A stretch of DNA of 64,000 bases, from the NCBI GenBank assembly GCA_963716255.1, contig OY970303.1, positions 736,001-800,000 on the forward strand, in the 5' to 3' direction. The notes under the pieces were generated by a model. That model was not told the origin of the DNA. It saw nothing but the letters and a program-made list of their open reading frames with translations, and did no database searches. The position numbers were made by a program, and so were the translations under genes. Source of the DNA: an uncultured Gemmatimonadales bacterium. Its GTDB lineage: Bacteria > Gemmatimonadota > Gemmatimonadetes > Longimicrobiales > Longimicrobiaceae. This document shows, in pieces, positions 37,813-46,069 of this stretch (positions are counted from its first letter, which is position 1; the number at the start of each line of letters is the position of its first letter).

Positions 37813-38058
37813 ATGGCGAGGATTACCAAGAACCTGTCGCTCGGCCCGAAAGCCGTTGAACGCGGGGAGCACTACAGCGCACTCCACTCCACGAGCCTTT
37901 CACGGCCCGTGAGCGACTTCCTCTCCCGGCTTCCGTTGGACGAAGAGGAGCAGGAGCAGCTGTTGACTCCGACGGTCCGTCGGCTCATGGGCGCGGCGAA
38001 GGGTGGCCCGGACGAAGACGACTACCATGAGTACCGCTTCCAAAAGTACGGCCAGTGA
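37813..38058 (+). CDS. DUF6364-like ribbon-helix-helix antitoxin
   Basis: TKNLSL...TSLSRPVSDFL...DYHEYRFQKY pattern; GGAG RBS; overlaps a PIN-like start. Confidence 0.7.
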   Translation: MARITKNLSLGPKAVERGEHYSALHSTSLSRPVSDFLSRLPLDEEEQEQLLTPTVRRLMGAAKGGPDEDDYHEYRFQKYGQ

Positions 38059-38195
38059 GGCAACTGGGCGACATCAACTTCGCTCACGACGTGCGGCTGG
38101 AACGGATACCGTGGGCGGGAGAATAGCGGATACCGTGGCCAGGAGAATGAGGCGCTGCTCCTGGCATTGTTTGAATACTGGTGAGTTGGGAATGC
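38055..38195 (+). pseudogene. Decayed PIN-domain toxin remnant
   Basis: GTGA overlap; VRQLGDINFAHDVRLERIPWA resembles PIN N-termini, then a stop codon, a 24-bp tandem duplication and frameshifted ALLLAL...TGEL. Confidence 0.55.
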
Positions 38196-38287
38196 CTACC
38201 GAAGCAAGGCTGCTCGATCATTTTTAGTGGCAATGTAGAATGGCGCGCCCCCCAGCATCGGCCTAGACTCCCACGGAATGCTGCACC

Positions 38288-38863
38288 ATGACCCAGCGCG
38301 ACGACAGTTCGAACATCGTGGATGGAGTATTGATCGGAGCTACGGTATTGGCTCTATTAACTCTGAGTTCCGCATTTCTTCCGCTGGGATTTACTCGTTG
38401 GTCCATGACCGCTTTAATCATGGTCTGGTCTTTTCTACAGTTCAGGACGCGCGAAGGCACGAGCACGGCATTGGGGATCGCGATCTTCGGCGGAATTTCT
38501 ACCGCTGCGCTCGTGGCCGTTTTGGACCCGATGCAGGCTTCAGCGACTCCTGGTGAGATCATCATTGGCTTTGCGGCATTCGGATCATCTTTAGGCCTTG
38601 GAACGGGCCTGATGCGCGACAATCCGCCGGTCCCTACTCTGGATCAGTACAAGAGGTGGTTGGAGGTAGCCGTACTCATTGGATTGGGATTCGGGTTTGT
38701 TGCAATTCCATTCACTCCCTTCACCAATGCCGCAGATGTCTCGAGCCGTGCGACCTTTGGTGCTGCCATCTTCGGCGCTGCACTCATCGGCCCTGCGCGG
38801 ATCGGTTTGTCGCTCGGAATTTTTTTTCGGCGTGTTTTCCGTCCCCTGCGCCCCAGAGCATGA
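38288..38863 (+). CDS. Hypothetical multi-pass membrane protein in a low-GC islet
   Basis: About 6 hydrophobic segments; visibly lower GC and atypical codon usage. Confidence 0.6.
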   Translation: MTQRDDSSNIVDGVLIGATVLALLTLSSAFLPLGFTRWSMTALIMVWSFLQFRTREGTSTALGIAIFGGISTAALVAVLDPMQASATPGEIIIGFAAFGSSLGLGTGLMRDNPPVPTLDQYKRWLEVAVLIGLGFGFVAIPFTPFTNAADVSSRATFGAAIFGAALIGPARIGLSLGIFFRRVFRPLRPRA

Positions 38864-39035
38864 CACTCCGGATCGCGGTCGCCGCACACGACTCGACATC
38901 CTGGACACCATGACAGAGCACTTCCACACGGATCACTGGATGCCACCATGAAGTTGGTGGCGAAGCCGTTGCGGAAACCCTGAACGGTGTCGCGCCTACA
39001 CGGCATGCGGGATAGCTGCGATTCCCTATACGACT

Positions 39036-39884
39036 CTACTCTGTCGATCCCGCAGCTTCCTGCGCCAGCTCGTACGCCGCGTTCCGCGCGATCCCCAGCC
39101 GCCGCCTCAGCTCCTTCGCCACCGCGCTGGGCGACATCCCCTGCGCCATGAGCGCCTGCGCGATGGACCGAGCCGCCAGCGCGTCCGTCTCCGCCTCGGC
39201 CTCCGCGTCCTCCGGCCTCCCCTCCACCACCACCACGATCTCCCCCTTCACCTCGCGCTCCTCGAAGCGGGAAGCTGCGTCCTCGGCCGTCCCGCGGAAG
39301 AACTCCTCGTGCATCTTGGTGAGCTCGCGCCCCACGGCCACGCGGCGCTCCGCCCCCGCCGCCGCAGCCAGGTCGCGCAGCAGCTCCGCCGTGCGGTTGG
39401 GCGACTCGTACAGCACGGCCGCGTAGGGAAGCCCGGCGATCTCCTCCAGCAGCTCCGTGCGGCGCCCGCCCTTGCGCGGGATGAAGCCGTAGAAGGCGAA
39501 GCGCTCGGCGGAGATCCCGGAGGCCACCAGCGCCGCCAGCAGCGCCGAGGCGCCGGGAATGGGCACCACGTCGAACCCCGCCTCCACCACCTCGCGCACG
39601 ATGCGCGCGCCGGGGTCCGACAGGAGCGGCGTCCCCGCGTCGGTGATGAGGGCCACGTCGCGTCCCTCGCGCAGCATCTCCACCACCGTGCCGGCGCGCG
39701 ACCTCTCGTTGTGCTCGTGCGCCGAGACCAGCCGCCCGCCGATGCCGTAGTGGCGCAGCAGCACCCCCGAGCGGCGCGTGTCCTCCGCCAGGATCACGTC
39801 CGCGGCCCTGAGCACCTCCACCGCGCGGTAGGTGATGTCGCCCAGGTTGCCGATGGGCGTGCTGACGATGAAGAGCGACGCCAT
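39036..39884 (-). CDS. rsmI: 16S rRNA C1402 2'-O-methyltransferase
   Basis: TPIGNLGDIT, AEDTR, DAGTPLLSDPG, YESPNR and RELTKMHEE. Confidence 0.96.
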   Translation of the reverse strand: MASLFIVSTPIGNLGDITYRAVEVLRAADVILAEDTRRSGVLLRHYGIGGRLVSAHEHNERSRAGTVVEMLREGRDVALITDAGTPLLSDPGARIVREVVEAGFDVVPIPGASALLAALVASGISAERFAFYGFIPRKGGRRTELLEEIAGLPYAAVLYESPNRTAELLRDLAAAAGAERRVAVGRELTKMHEEFFRGTAEDAASRFEEREVKGEIVVVVEGRPEDAEAEAETDALAARSIAQALMAQGMSPSAVAKELRRRLGIARNAAYELAQEAAGSTE

Positions 39885-39886
39885 CC

Positions 39887-40864
39887 TCAGAGACCCACCG
39901 CCCAGGGGAGCCGCGCGAAGAACCCCTGCTCCGCCAGCACGAAGCGCGAGTCGTGCGCCACCCGCGCCACCACCTCCGCCGGGTCCACCGCGAAGCGCTC
40001 CGCCGCCACGATCAGCGCCTCCGTCACCCACTCCGCCACCCCGTCGGTGAGCGTGCGCGGCGTGGCCACCGGGTCCCCGCGGACGCGCCCCTCGTCCGTG
40101 AGGACGAAGGCCTCCACCTCCGGCCGGCGGACCCTCACCTGCGCCTGCGTGCGCCGCATCAGCTCCAGCCCCGCCTCCCTTCCCACCGGCGCCGACACCT
40201 CGCGCAGCACCCCGCCCACGATGCGGCGGTACAGGTCCACCAGCCCCGGTCCGGCCTGCACCGGCAGCTCCGCGAGCCCCGCGTACAATCCCACGCTGAG
40301 CGCGTCGCCCGCCTCGGCGAAGACCGCGCGCAGGTGGTCGCCCACGGGCACCCCGGGGTCGCGCCGGCAGAAGTAGCCGGTGCGGAAGCCGCCGTTCTCG
40401 AACACCAGGTACTGGTGCGCCCGCCCGTCGCTCAGCTCCACCACCCCGCTGAAGGCGCGGCCGCGGAGCGCGGGAAACAGGCAGTCCGGCCGCCGCGCGT
40501 CCTCCTCGCTCGTCCAGGGGAGCGGCGGCTGCACAAGCGTGGCGAGCATGGCCTGGAGCTGGACCTCCGGCGCGCCCAGGTAGGCGATCTGCCCGCCCTC
40601 GCCGCGCTCGCTCTCCGTGCCCACCACGCGCAGCACCTCCGCGAGCGCCACCTGCTCCCGGCGGCCGGGCTCGATGCGGGCGGCGTGGAAGGGCTCCCCG
40701 TCCCGCAGGAAGATGAGGTAGCAGCGGTCGCCCAGCTGCACCGCGACGAAGCCGGGGACGCGGGCCGTGCGGTCGCGCTTCCCGTCGCTGAGCAGCCCGG
40801 GGAGGTTGACGTAGCTGAGCTTGGTCCGGGGGAGGTAGGCGACTTCGTGGGGGAAGCGGTACAT
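39887..40864 (-). CDS. Hypothetical protein
   Basis: Open frame from ATG 40864 with host-like codon usage, ending 2 bp before rsmI. Confidence 0.75.
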   Translation of the reverse strand: MYRFPHEVAYLPRTKLSYVNLPGLLSDGKRDRTARVPGFVAVQLGDRCYLIFLRDGEPFHAARIEPGRREQVALAEVLRVVGTESERGEGGQIAYLGAPEVQLQAMLATLVQPPLPWTSEEDARRPDCLFPALRGRAFSGVVELSDGRAHQYLVFENGGFRTGYFCRRDPGVPVGDHLRAVFAEAGDALSVGLYAGLAELPVQAGPGLVDLYRRIVGGVLREVSAPVGREAGLELMRRTQAQVRVRRPEVEAFVLTDEGRVRGDPVATPRTLTDGVAEWVTEALIVAAERFAVDPAEVVARVAHDSRFVLAEQGFFARLPWAVGL

Positions 40865-40998
40865 GGCGCGTGACGAGTCGGGTCGGGGAAAGCGGACCCT
40901 GTGGGGATTACGGGACGCGGGCCGGCGTGAAAGGCGCGCGGGGGAAACGAAGCGCGGCGGACGCGGGGCCGAGATGGCCCCGCGCCCGCCGCACTTTG

Positions 40999-41346
40999 CT
41001 ACATGGCCTGCTGGCTCTTCTGCAGGTGCTGCTGGATCTTCTGCTCCAGCGCCGGCCGGGGCACCGCGCCGACCACCGTGTCCACCAGCTGCCCATCCTT
41101 GAAGAACAGGATGGTGGGGATGGAGCGCACGTTGAACTGCGCCGCCGCGCGCGGGTTGGAGTCCACGTCCAGCTTGGCCACCTTGACCTGGCCCTGGTAC
41201 TCGCCGGCGAGCTGCTCCACGATGGGAGCGATCATCCGGCAGGGACCGCACCACTCGGCCCAGAAATCCACCATGGAGAGACCCTGTGCGATCTCCGCCT
41301 GGAAGTTGTCGTCGGTCACCGTGACGGTGTTTCCGTTCTCCGCCAT
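40999..41346 (-). CDS. trxA: Thioredoxin
   Basis: VDFWAEWCGPC and RSIPT. Confidence 0.97.
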   Translation of the reverse strand: MAENGNTVTVTDDNFQAEIAQGLSMVDFWAEWCGPCRMIAPIVEQLAGEYQGQVKVAKLDVDSNPRAAAQFNVRSIPTILFFKDGQLVDTVVGAVPRPALEQKIQQHLQKSQQAM

Positions 41347-41448
41347 TTGCGTCCTTCCGTTTGTGAGGATCGGTAGCCAGGCCCGCCCCCGCGGGCTATT
41401 CTTCCCCGCGTCCGAATCCACGCAAGAAACCAACCGTTGCGAGGCACG

Positions 41449-41853
41449 ATGAGCGAGCGGGCTCTGGATCACGTGGGGATCGCCGTCCACTCCCTGGACG
41501 AGTCGCTCCCGCTCTTTGAATCTATCACAGGGGGGAAGGGGTACGGCCGCGAGGCGGTGGAGTCGCAGGGGGTGGAGATCGCCTTCGTGGGCTCCGGCGC
41601 CGGGCGCGTGGAGCTGCTGGCCCCCACCCGCGACGACTCCCCGGTGGGAAAGTTCCTGGCGAAGCGGGGCCCGGGGATGCACCACGTCTGCTACCGGGTG
41701 CCGGACGTGGCCGCGGCGCTGGCGGGGTTCGAGCGCGAGGGCTACTCGCTGATCGACCGGGAGCCGCGCACCGGCGGGCACGGCCACCGCGTCGCCTTCC
41801 TCCACCCGCGCTCCACCGGCGGGGTGCTGGTGGAGCTGGTGGAAGGCGAGTAG
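41449..41853 (+). CDS. mce: Methylmalonyl-CoA epimerase
   Basis: DHVGIAV, VELLAP, GPGMHHVC and AFLHPRSTGGVLVELVE. Confidence 0.93.
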   Translation: MSERALDHVGIAVHSLDESLPLFESITGGKGYGREAVESQGVEIAFVGSGAGRVELLAPTRDDSPVGKFLAKRGPGMHHVCYRVPDVAAALAGFEREGYSLIDREPRTGGHGHRVAFLHPRSTGGVLVELVEGE

Positions 41854-41860
41854 CGACCGG

Positions 41861-42337
41861 CTAGCGCGGGCCGCGCGGCGGCTGGGGCGTGGAGGTGATC
41901 GCCTCCACCCCCACCTGCTCCACGAACCAGCGGGCCTCCGGCCCGCGCACCGCCACGAAGGGCACCTCCGGCCGGCGGTTGCCCTGCTGGAGCTGCACGT
42001 TGACGCGCACCGCCGCGCCGATGCGCCCTGGGATGGGCTCTTCGCCGCGGATGGTGTAGCCCTGGTTGGTGAGCACGGAGGCGAGCGCGTACATGCGCTT
42101 TTCCACGTCGGAGGCGGGATCGCGCCGCATCACCGGCCCCTCGGCCGTGCCGAACAGCCACCCCATCTGCACGTAGTCCTTGTCCTGGGAGAGGCGCAGG
42201 AAGCGCTCGACTGCGGCCGACGGCGCGGGAGCGCCGGGGGTGCCCTGGGCCGCGGGCGGTGGCGCGGACGCGCAGGCGGCGGCGAGGAGCAGCACGGCGA
42301 GCGGGAGCAGCCGCGGAAGTCGGAGAAGGGCGGACAA
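41861..42337 (-). CDS. Hypothetical lipoprotein
   Basis: Lipobox LAAAC; GGAGG RBS before the TTG start. Confidence 0.75.
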   Translation of the reverse strand: MSALLRLPRLLPLAVLLLAAACASAPPPAAQGTPGAPAPSAAVERFLRLSQDKDYVQMGWLFGTAEGPVMRRDPASDVEKRMYALASVLTNQGYTIRGEEPIPGRIGAAVRVNVQLQQGNRRPEVPFVAVRGPEARWFVEQVGVEAITSTPQPPRGPR

Positions 42338-42390
42338 GAGGCCTCCAGGGGAGAATAGCGACGGGGCCGCTCCGGAAGGAGCGGCCCCGA

Positions 42391-42419
42391 ATGCTAGGAA
42401 CGGTCAGGAAGGGTGTCAA
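42391..42419 (-). promoter_or_regulatory. Sigma70-like promoter of the lipoprotein gene
   Basis: Minus strand TTGACA-N17-TAGCAT, followed by a perfect GC hairpin (42362-42389). Confidence 0.55.
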
Positions 42420-42423
42420 GCAA

Positions 42424-42471
42424 GCGAGGACGCCCACGCAAGCCCCGCGTGAGGGATTCCGGCCCGAAGGG
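42424..42471 (-). repeat. Family-1 element, 3' fragment (copy H)
   Basis: GCCCCGCGTGAGGGATTCCGGCCCGAAGGG plus a degenerate tail, abutting the IS5 remnant. Confidence 0.8.
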
Positions 42472-42634
42472 CTTCAAGGTTCTGCCCCGGCGCTGGGTAG
42501 TCGAACGCACCTTTGCGTGGCCGATGAAGTACCGGCGCCTGCGTGCCGACTACGAGAACACGGTGAGTTCCTCACGCGCATGGATCCTGCTCGCCATGAC
42601 CAGCCTCATGGCTCGTCGCCTCCGGCCCGCGTGA
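42470..42634 (+). mobile_element. IS5-family transposase C-terminal remnant
   Basis: [17 protein letters not shown]...YRRLRADYE...AWILLAM is the typical IS5 C-terminal signature; no N-terminal part present. Confidence 0.85.
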
Positions 42635-42645
42635 GACTTACCTGA

Positions 42646-45324
42646 TCACTCCTGTCGAAGCGCCTCCATCGGGCGAACCCGGAGCGCCTGGCGCGCAGGG
42701 CCGGCCGTAGCGAGCAGCCCGGCGGCGATCACGAGTGCCGCGACCATAGGCACGAGCACGTGCTGCTGGCCGCGCATGAGTTCACCGCCGGAGAGTCGCT
42801 CGAGCAACGTGGCGAGGGCGACCCCCACGGCCAGCCCGAGCGCGAGTTGAAGCGCGGAGCGCGAGAAGATCGTCTGCAGCACCTGGCGCCGCGATGCACC
42901 GAGCGCGAGCCGGATCCCGATCTCCCGATACCGGCGTGTGACGGCGAACGACATCATCGCCGAGATCCCTGCCGCGGAGAGAAGGAGCACGCTCAGCGTC
43001 ACAAGGCTTACCAGGATGACGGAGAATCGGACCGCCGCGCCACTGGTGCCGCCGCGAAGCTCGTCCGGGCCTGCGACGGTCATCGGGCGCCCCGGTGCTA
43101 CCTCGCCGGCGATGTCCCGCAGCCGCGGGACGAGGACGTCGGGGTCGATCCCCCGCGTGCGGATGGCGACGCTCACCGGCGCCGCCCCCAGCGCCGTCGG
43201 GAGAAAGATGGCCGGCCTCTGAAGCTCCGGCTCGCCGCTCTCGTCGTAGAGATCGTCCACCACCCCGACGATCTCGAGCCAGGGGCCTGGCTGGACGGAG
43301 TCGCCCGCGGCGATCGCCGTGCTGCGCACCCGGCGGCCGAGGGCGACTCCGCCCCCGAGGAAGCGACGGACGAAGGAGCGGCTGACGACAGCGGCCGCGC
43401 CATCGGGCGCGTCGCCGGACCCGAACGGCCGCCCCGCCAGCACCTGAGCGCCAAACACATCGAAATAGTTGGGTGCGACACCGGAGGAGAGCGCGACGAC
43501 ACGCGCCGCGTCCGCCGTCGTCACCCCGCCCTCGACCTCGATGCGCACGCGCTGGCCGGAGCGCGGGGGCGCCGAGGCATACGTCACGCCGAGCACGCCC
43601 GGCTCCGCGGCGATCCGGCGGATCAGCTCGGCTTGGGTTTCGGCGAAGGACTCGCCCGCCTGCTCCACGGACGGAGCGGCCAGCGCCTCCCGGGCCGGAG
43701 CTACATCCCGCTCGAGCCGGAGCACGAGCATCTCCTCGACCGGGAAGGTGGGCTCGGCGCGCGGCTGCCAATACGCGTTCCAGGCGATCGCGATCACGGG
43801 CGGGAGCACAGCCACCGCGACCCCGACCTGCACCACGATGAGCGCCGACCAGGTTCTCCCCAGCTGCAACCCGGTGGCGCCGCCCATCTGGCGGAGCGTG
43901 GACTGCAGCCGCTGCCCAGTGGCCGCCAGCGCAGGGACGATACCGACGATGAAGGCTGCGAGCACGGCGAGACCCATGGCGTACGCGACCGTGGACGCCG
44001 GGAGGCCGGGCTCGATCCAGTACGGAAGGCTCCCCGGACCGGTGATGGCGACGATTTGCCGGAACCCGACGTTCGCGATCAGTAGCCCGGTCACCGCCGC
44101 AAGCGACGAGAGCGCGAGCGCCTCCAAGAAGAGTTGCGTGATGATGCGCCGGCGGCTCGCGCCCAGCGCCGTGCGGACCGCGATCTCGGCCTGGCGAGAT
44201 GCCGTCCGGGCGTAGACCAGTGCCGCCACGGTGACCGCGACCGCGGCCAGAACCAGAGCCGCGAAGAGCTGCATCGTCCAGACGATCCAGGCCGGGTACT
44301 GGTGCACGTCGAGCACGACACGGACGTACGGTCTGACGATCGGGCGGAAGGTGGTGTATGCCGCGGGGAACTCGCGCGCGAGCCGCGCGCTCACGCTTCT
44401 CAACTCGGCTTCGGCCGCCGCCCTGGGAACCCCTGAGGCGAGCCGGCCGAAGATCGTCACGTGGGGGCCCTCGCCAGGGCCGTGGAGCGCAGGGTCGCTC
44501 CGGAGCGCGGTCCAGTAGCCGTGGTGGTACGGGAAGCGGAAGCCCTCGGGCATCACACCGACGACCGTGTACGGGGTGCCGTCGAGGCGCACCTCGCGTC
44601 CCACGATGCCACGGTCCGCGCCGAAGTCCCGCCGCCACTCATCGTACCCCATCACCAGCACGGCCGGAGCTCCTTCGGCCTCATCCGCCTCGAGGAGCGG
44701 ACGGCCGAGGAGCGGCGGCACCCGCGCCACGTCGAATCCCGACGCGGTCATCTCCGCCACTCGTACTCCACCCGTCGTGCCGCCCGGAACGTGCAGGTAG
44801 CGTTGGGAGTCGCGGAAGGCGGACAGCTGCCGGACGGACCGCTGGCTCCCCTTCCAGGTGTCCAGGTCAAAGAGGGTCGTGCGGGAGTTGTCCTCGTTCC
44901 TCATATCGAGGTAGTCGAGCGCGACGATCCGGTCACCCTCGTCGAGCGGCGGGGCCGAGTAGTAGAACACCATGAAGCTGAAGAAGCCCGTTGCGATGGC
45001 AACGCAGACGGCCATCCCGAGCGCGCCGATCACGGAGAGCGCCGGGTGCTTCGCCAGCATGCGCAGGGCGAGCTTTACGTCTGGCGTCAGCCCGATCACC
45101 GGTGCAAACCAGCGCGCGTCGCGCACCTCTTCCCGGAACCGCTCGCGTCCGCCAAAGGTCAGCACCGCCTGCCGCCTCGCGGCTTCCGGGGTCATTCCGG
45201 CGCGGAGGTTGTTCCGCGTCTCCATCTCGAGATGGAAGGCGAACTCCTCCTCCAGCTCGCGCTCCACCTCTTCCCGGCGGAGGAGCACACGCAGCCGCTT
45301 CCGCCATCGCGTGATCCACTCCAT
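42646..45324 (-). CDS. ABC transporter permease, duplicated MacB/FtsX (ADOP-type)
   Basis: EEFAFHLE...ARRQAVLTFG N-terminal domain, VVGVMPEGF, EIAVRTALGAS and EIGIRLALGA. Confidence 0.92.
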   Translation of the reverse strand: MEWITRWRKRLRVLLRREEVERELEEEFAFHLEMETRNNLRAGMTPEAARRQAVLTFGGRERFREEVRDARWFAPVIGLTPDVKLALRMLAKHPALSVIGALGMAVCVAIATGFFSFMVFYYSAPPLDEGDRIVALDYLDMRNEDNSRTTLFDLDTWKGSQRSVRQLSAFRDSQRYLHVPGGTTGGVRVAEMTASGFDVARVPPLLGRPLLEADEAEGAPAVLVMGYDEWRRDFGADRGIVGREVRLDGTPYTVVGVMPEGFRFPYHHGYWTALRSDPALHGPGEGPHVTIFGRLASGVPRAAAEAELRSVSARLAREFPAAYTTFRPIVRPYVRVVLDVHQYPAWIVWTMQLFAALVLAAVAVTVAALVYARTASRQAEIAVRTALGASRRRIITQLFLEALALSSLAAVTGLLIANVGFRQIVAITGPGSLPYWIEPGLPASTVAYAMGLAVLAAFIVGIVPALAATGQRLQSTLRQMGGATGLQLGRTWSALIVVQVGVAVAVLPPVIAIAWNAYWQPRAEPTFPVEEMLVLRLERDVAPAREALAAPSVEQAGESFAETQAELIRRIAAEPGVLGVTYASAPPRSGQRVRIEVEGGVTTADAARVVALSSGVAPNYFDVFGAQVLAGRPFGSGDAPDGAAAVVSRSFVRRFLGGGVALGRRVRSTAIAAGDSVQPGPWLEIVGVVDDLYDESGEPELQRPAIFLPTALGAAPVSVAIRTRGIDPDVLVPRLRDIAGEVAPGRPMTVAGPDELRGGTSGAAVRFSVILVSLVTLSVLLLSAAGISAMMSFAVTRRYREIGIRLALGASRRQVLQTIFSRSALQLALGLAVGVALATLLERLSGGELMRGQQHVLVPMVAALVIAAGLLATAGPARQALRVRPMEALRQE

Positions 45325-45339
45325 GCGGCCCTCTCCCGA

Positions 45340-45675
45340 TCAGGTGGTTCGCAGGATGGTGTCCATCATCCGCACGTACTCCTGCCAGCTCCGCGACTCC
45401 TCCCCGAGTGCGCTGCGGCCAGCCGCAGTCAGCTCGTAGTACTTGGCCCGGCGGTTCTCCTCGGTGACGCCCCATTCACTCACCAGCAGCCCACGCTCTT
45501 CCAGGCGCTGGAGCGCGGGGTAGAGTGATCCCGCTCCCACGCGTAGCGCGTCGCCAGAGAGCTGCTCCAGCCGCTGTGCGATCGACCACCCGTGCATGGG
45601 CTCCAGCGAAAGCGCCTTCAGGACCAGGAGGTCGAGCGTACCTCGAAGGATGTCGCTGGATGCGTGAGGTGGCAT
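45340..45675 (-). CDS. PadR-family transcriptional regulator
   Basis: GTLDLLVLKAL, GSLYPALQRLE and NRRAKYY. Confidence 0.95.
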   Translation of the reverse strand: MPPHASSDILRGTLDLLVLKALSLEPMHGWSIAQRLEQLSGDALRVGAGSLYPALQRLEERGLLVSEWGVTEENRRAKYYELTAAGRSALGEESRSWQEYVRMMDTILRTT

Positions 45676-45915
45676 TTGGTTTTCGGAGAGTAGTATCGAG
45701 TTCCGATAAGAATGCGCTTCGTTGTATCGAAAGTCAATACCAGCGTAAACCGGGGCGTGCGTGCTGGGGAATTAGCGGCCGGTGGGCCCGCGACTCAGGC
45801 CCAGGGCTTCGATGCTCTGCTGCCCCACTTTATACCCACGCTCATAGAGCCGCCCCCCTCTCCCAATTCTGGAGAGGGGGCCAACTGCGGGTACTTTCAG
45901 AACGGGCAGGCGGTT

Positions 45916-46046
45916 GCGTGAGGGATTTCGGCCCGAAGGGGCGAGACCCCGCGGGCAGTTTCGCGGGGGCTCGACTCCGTTGCAGACGGTAGTATCGTTT
46001 GCTACGGAGCCGAAGCCCGACCCCGGCGCCAGCCGGGGACACGCCC
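45916..46046 (-). repeat. Family-1 structured element, copy E (lacks the distal tail)
   Basis: Reverse complement of the consensus, beginning about 24 bp after the clpB stop. Confidence 0.95.
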
Positions 46047-46069
46047 AGACCCGCAGTTCAACCGGCTTC

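Noticed and set aside
42362..42389. CCGGAAGG hairpin as SRP RNA (ffs)
   Set aside because: It is a perfect 12-bp hairpin without the SRP internal loops (CAGG/AGCA); it resembles the family-2 terminus instead.
42413..42634. 73-aa ORF as an intact gene or active IS
   Set aside because: Chimera of a repeat fragment and only the last ~54 codons of an IS5 transposase; no complete catalytic domain or paired terminal repeats seen.
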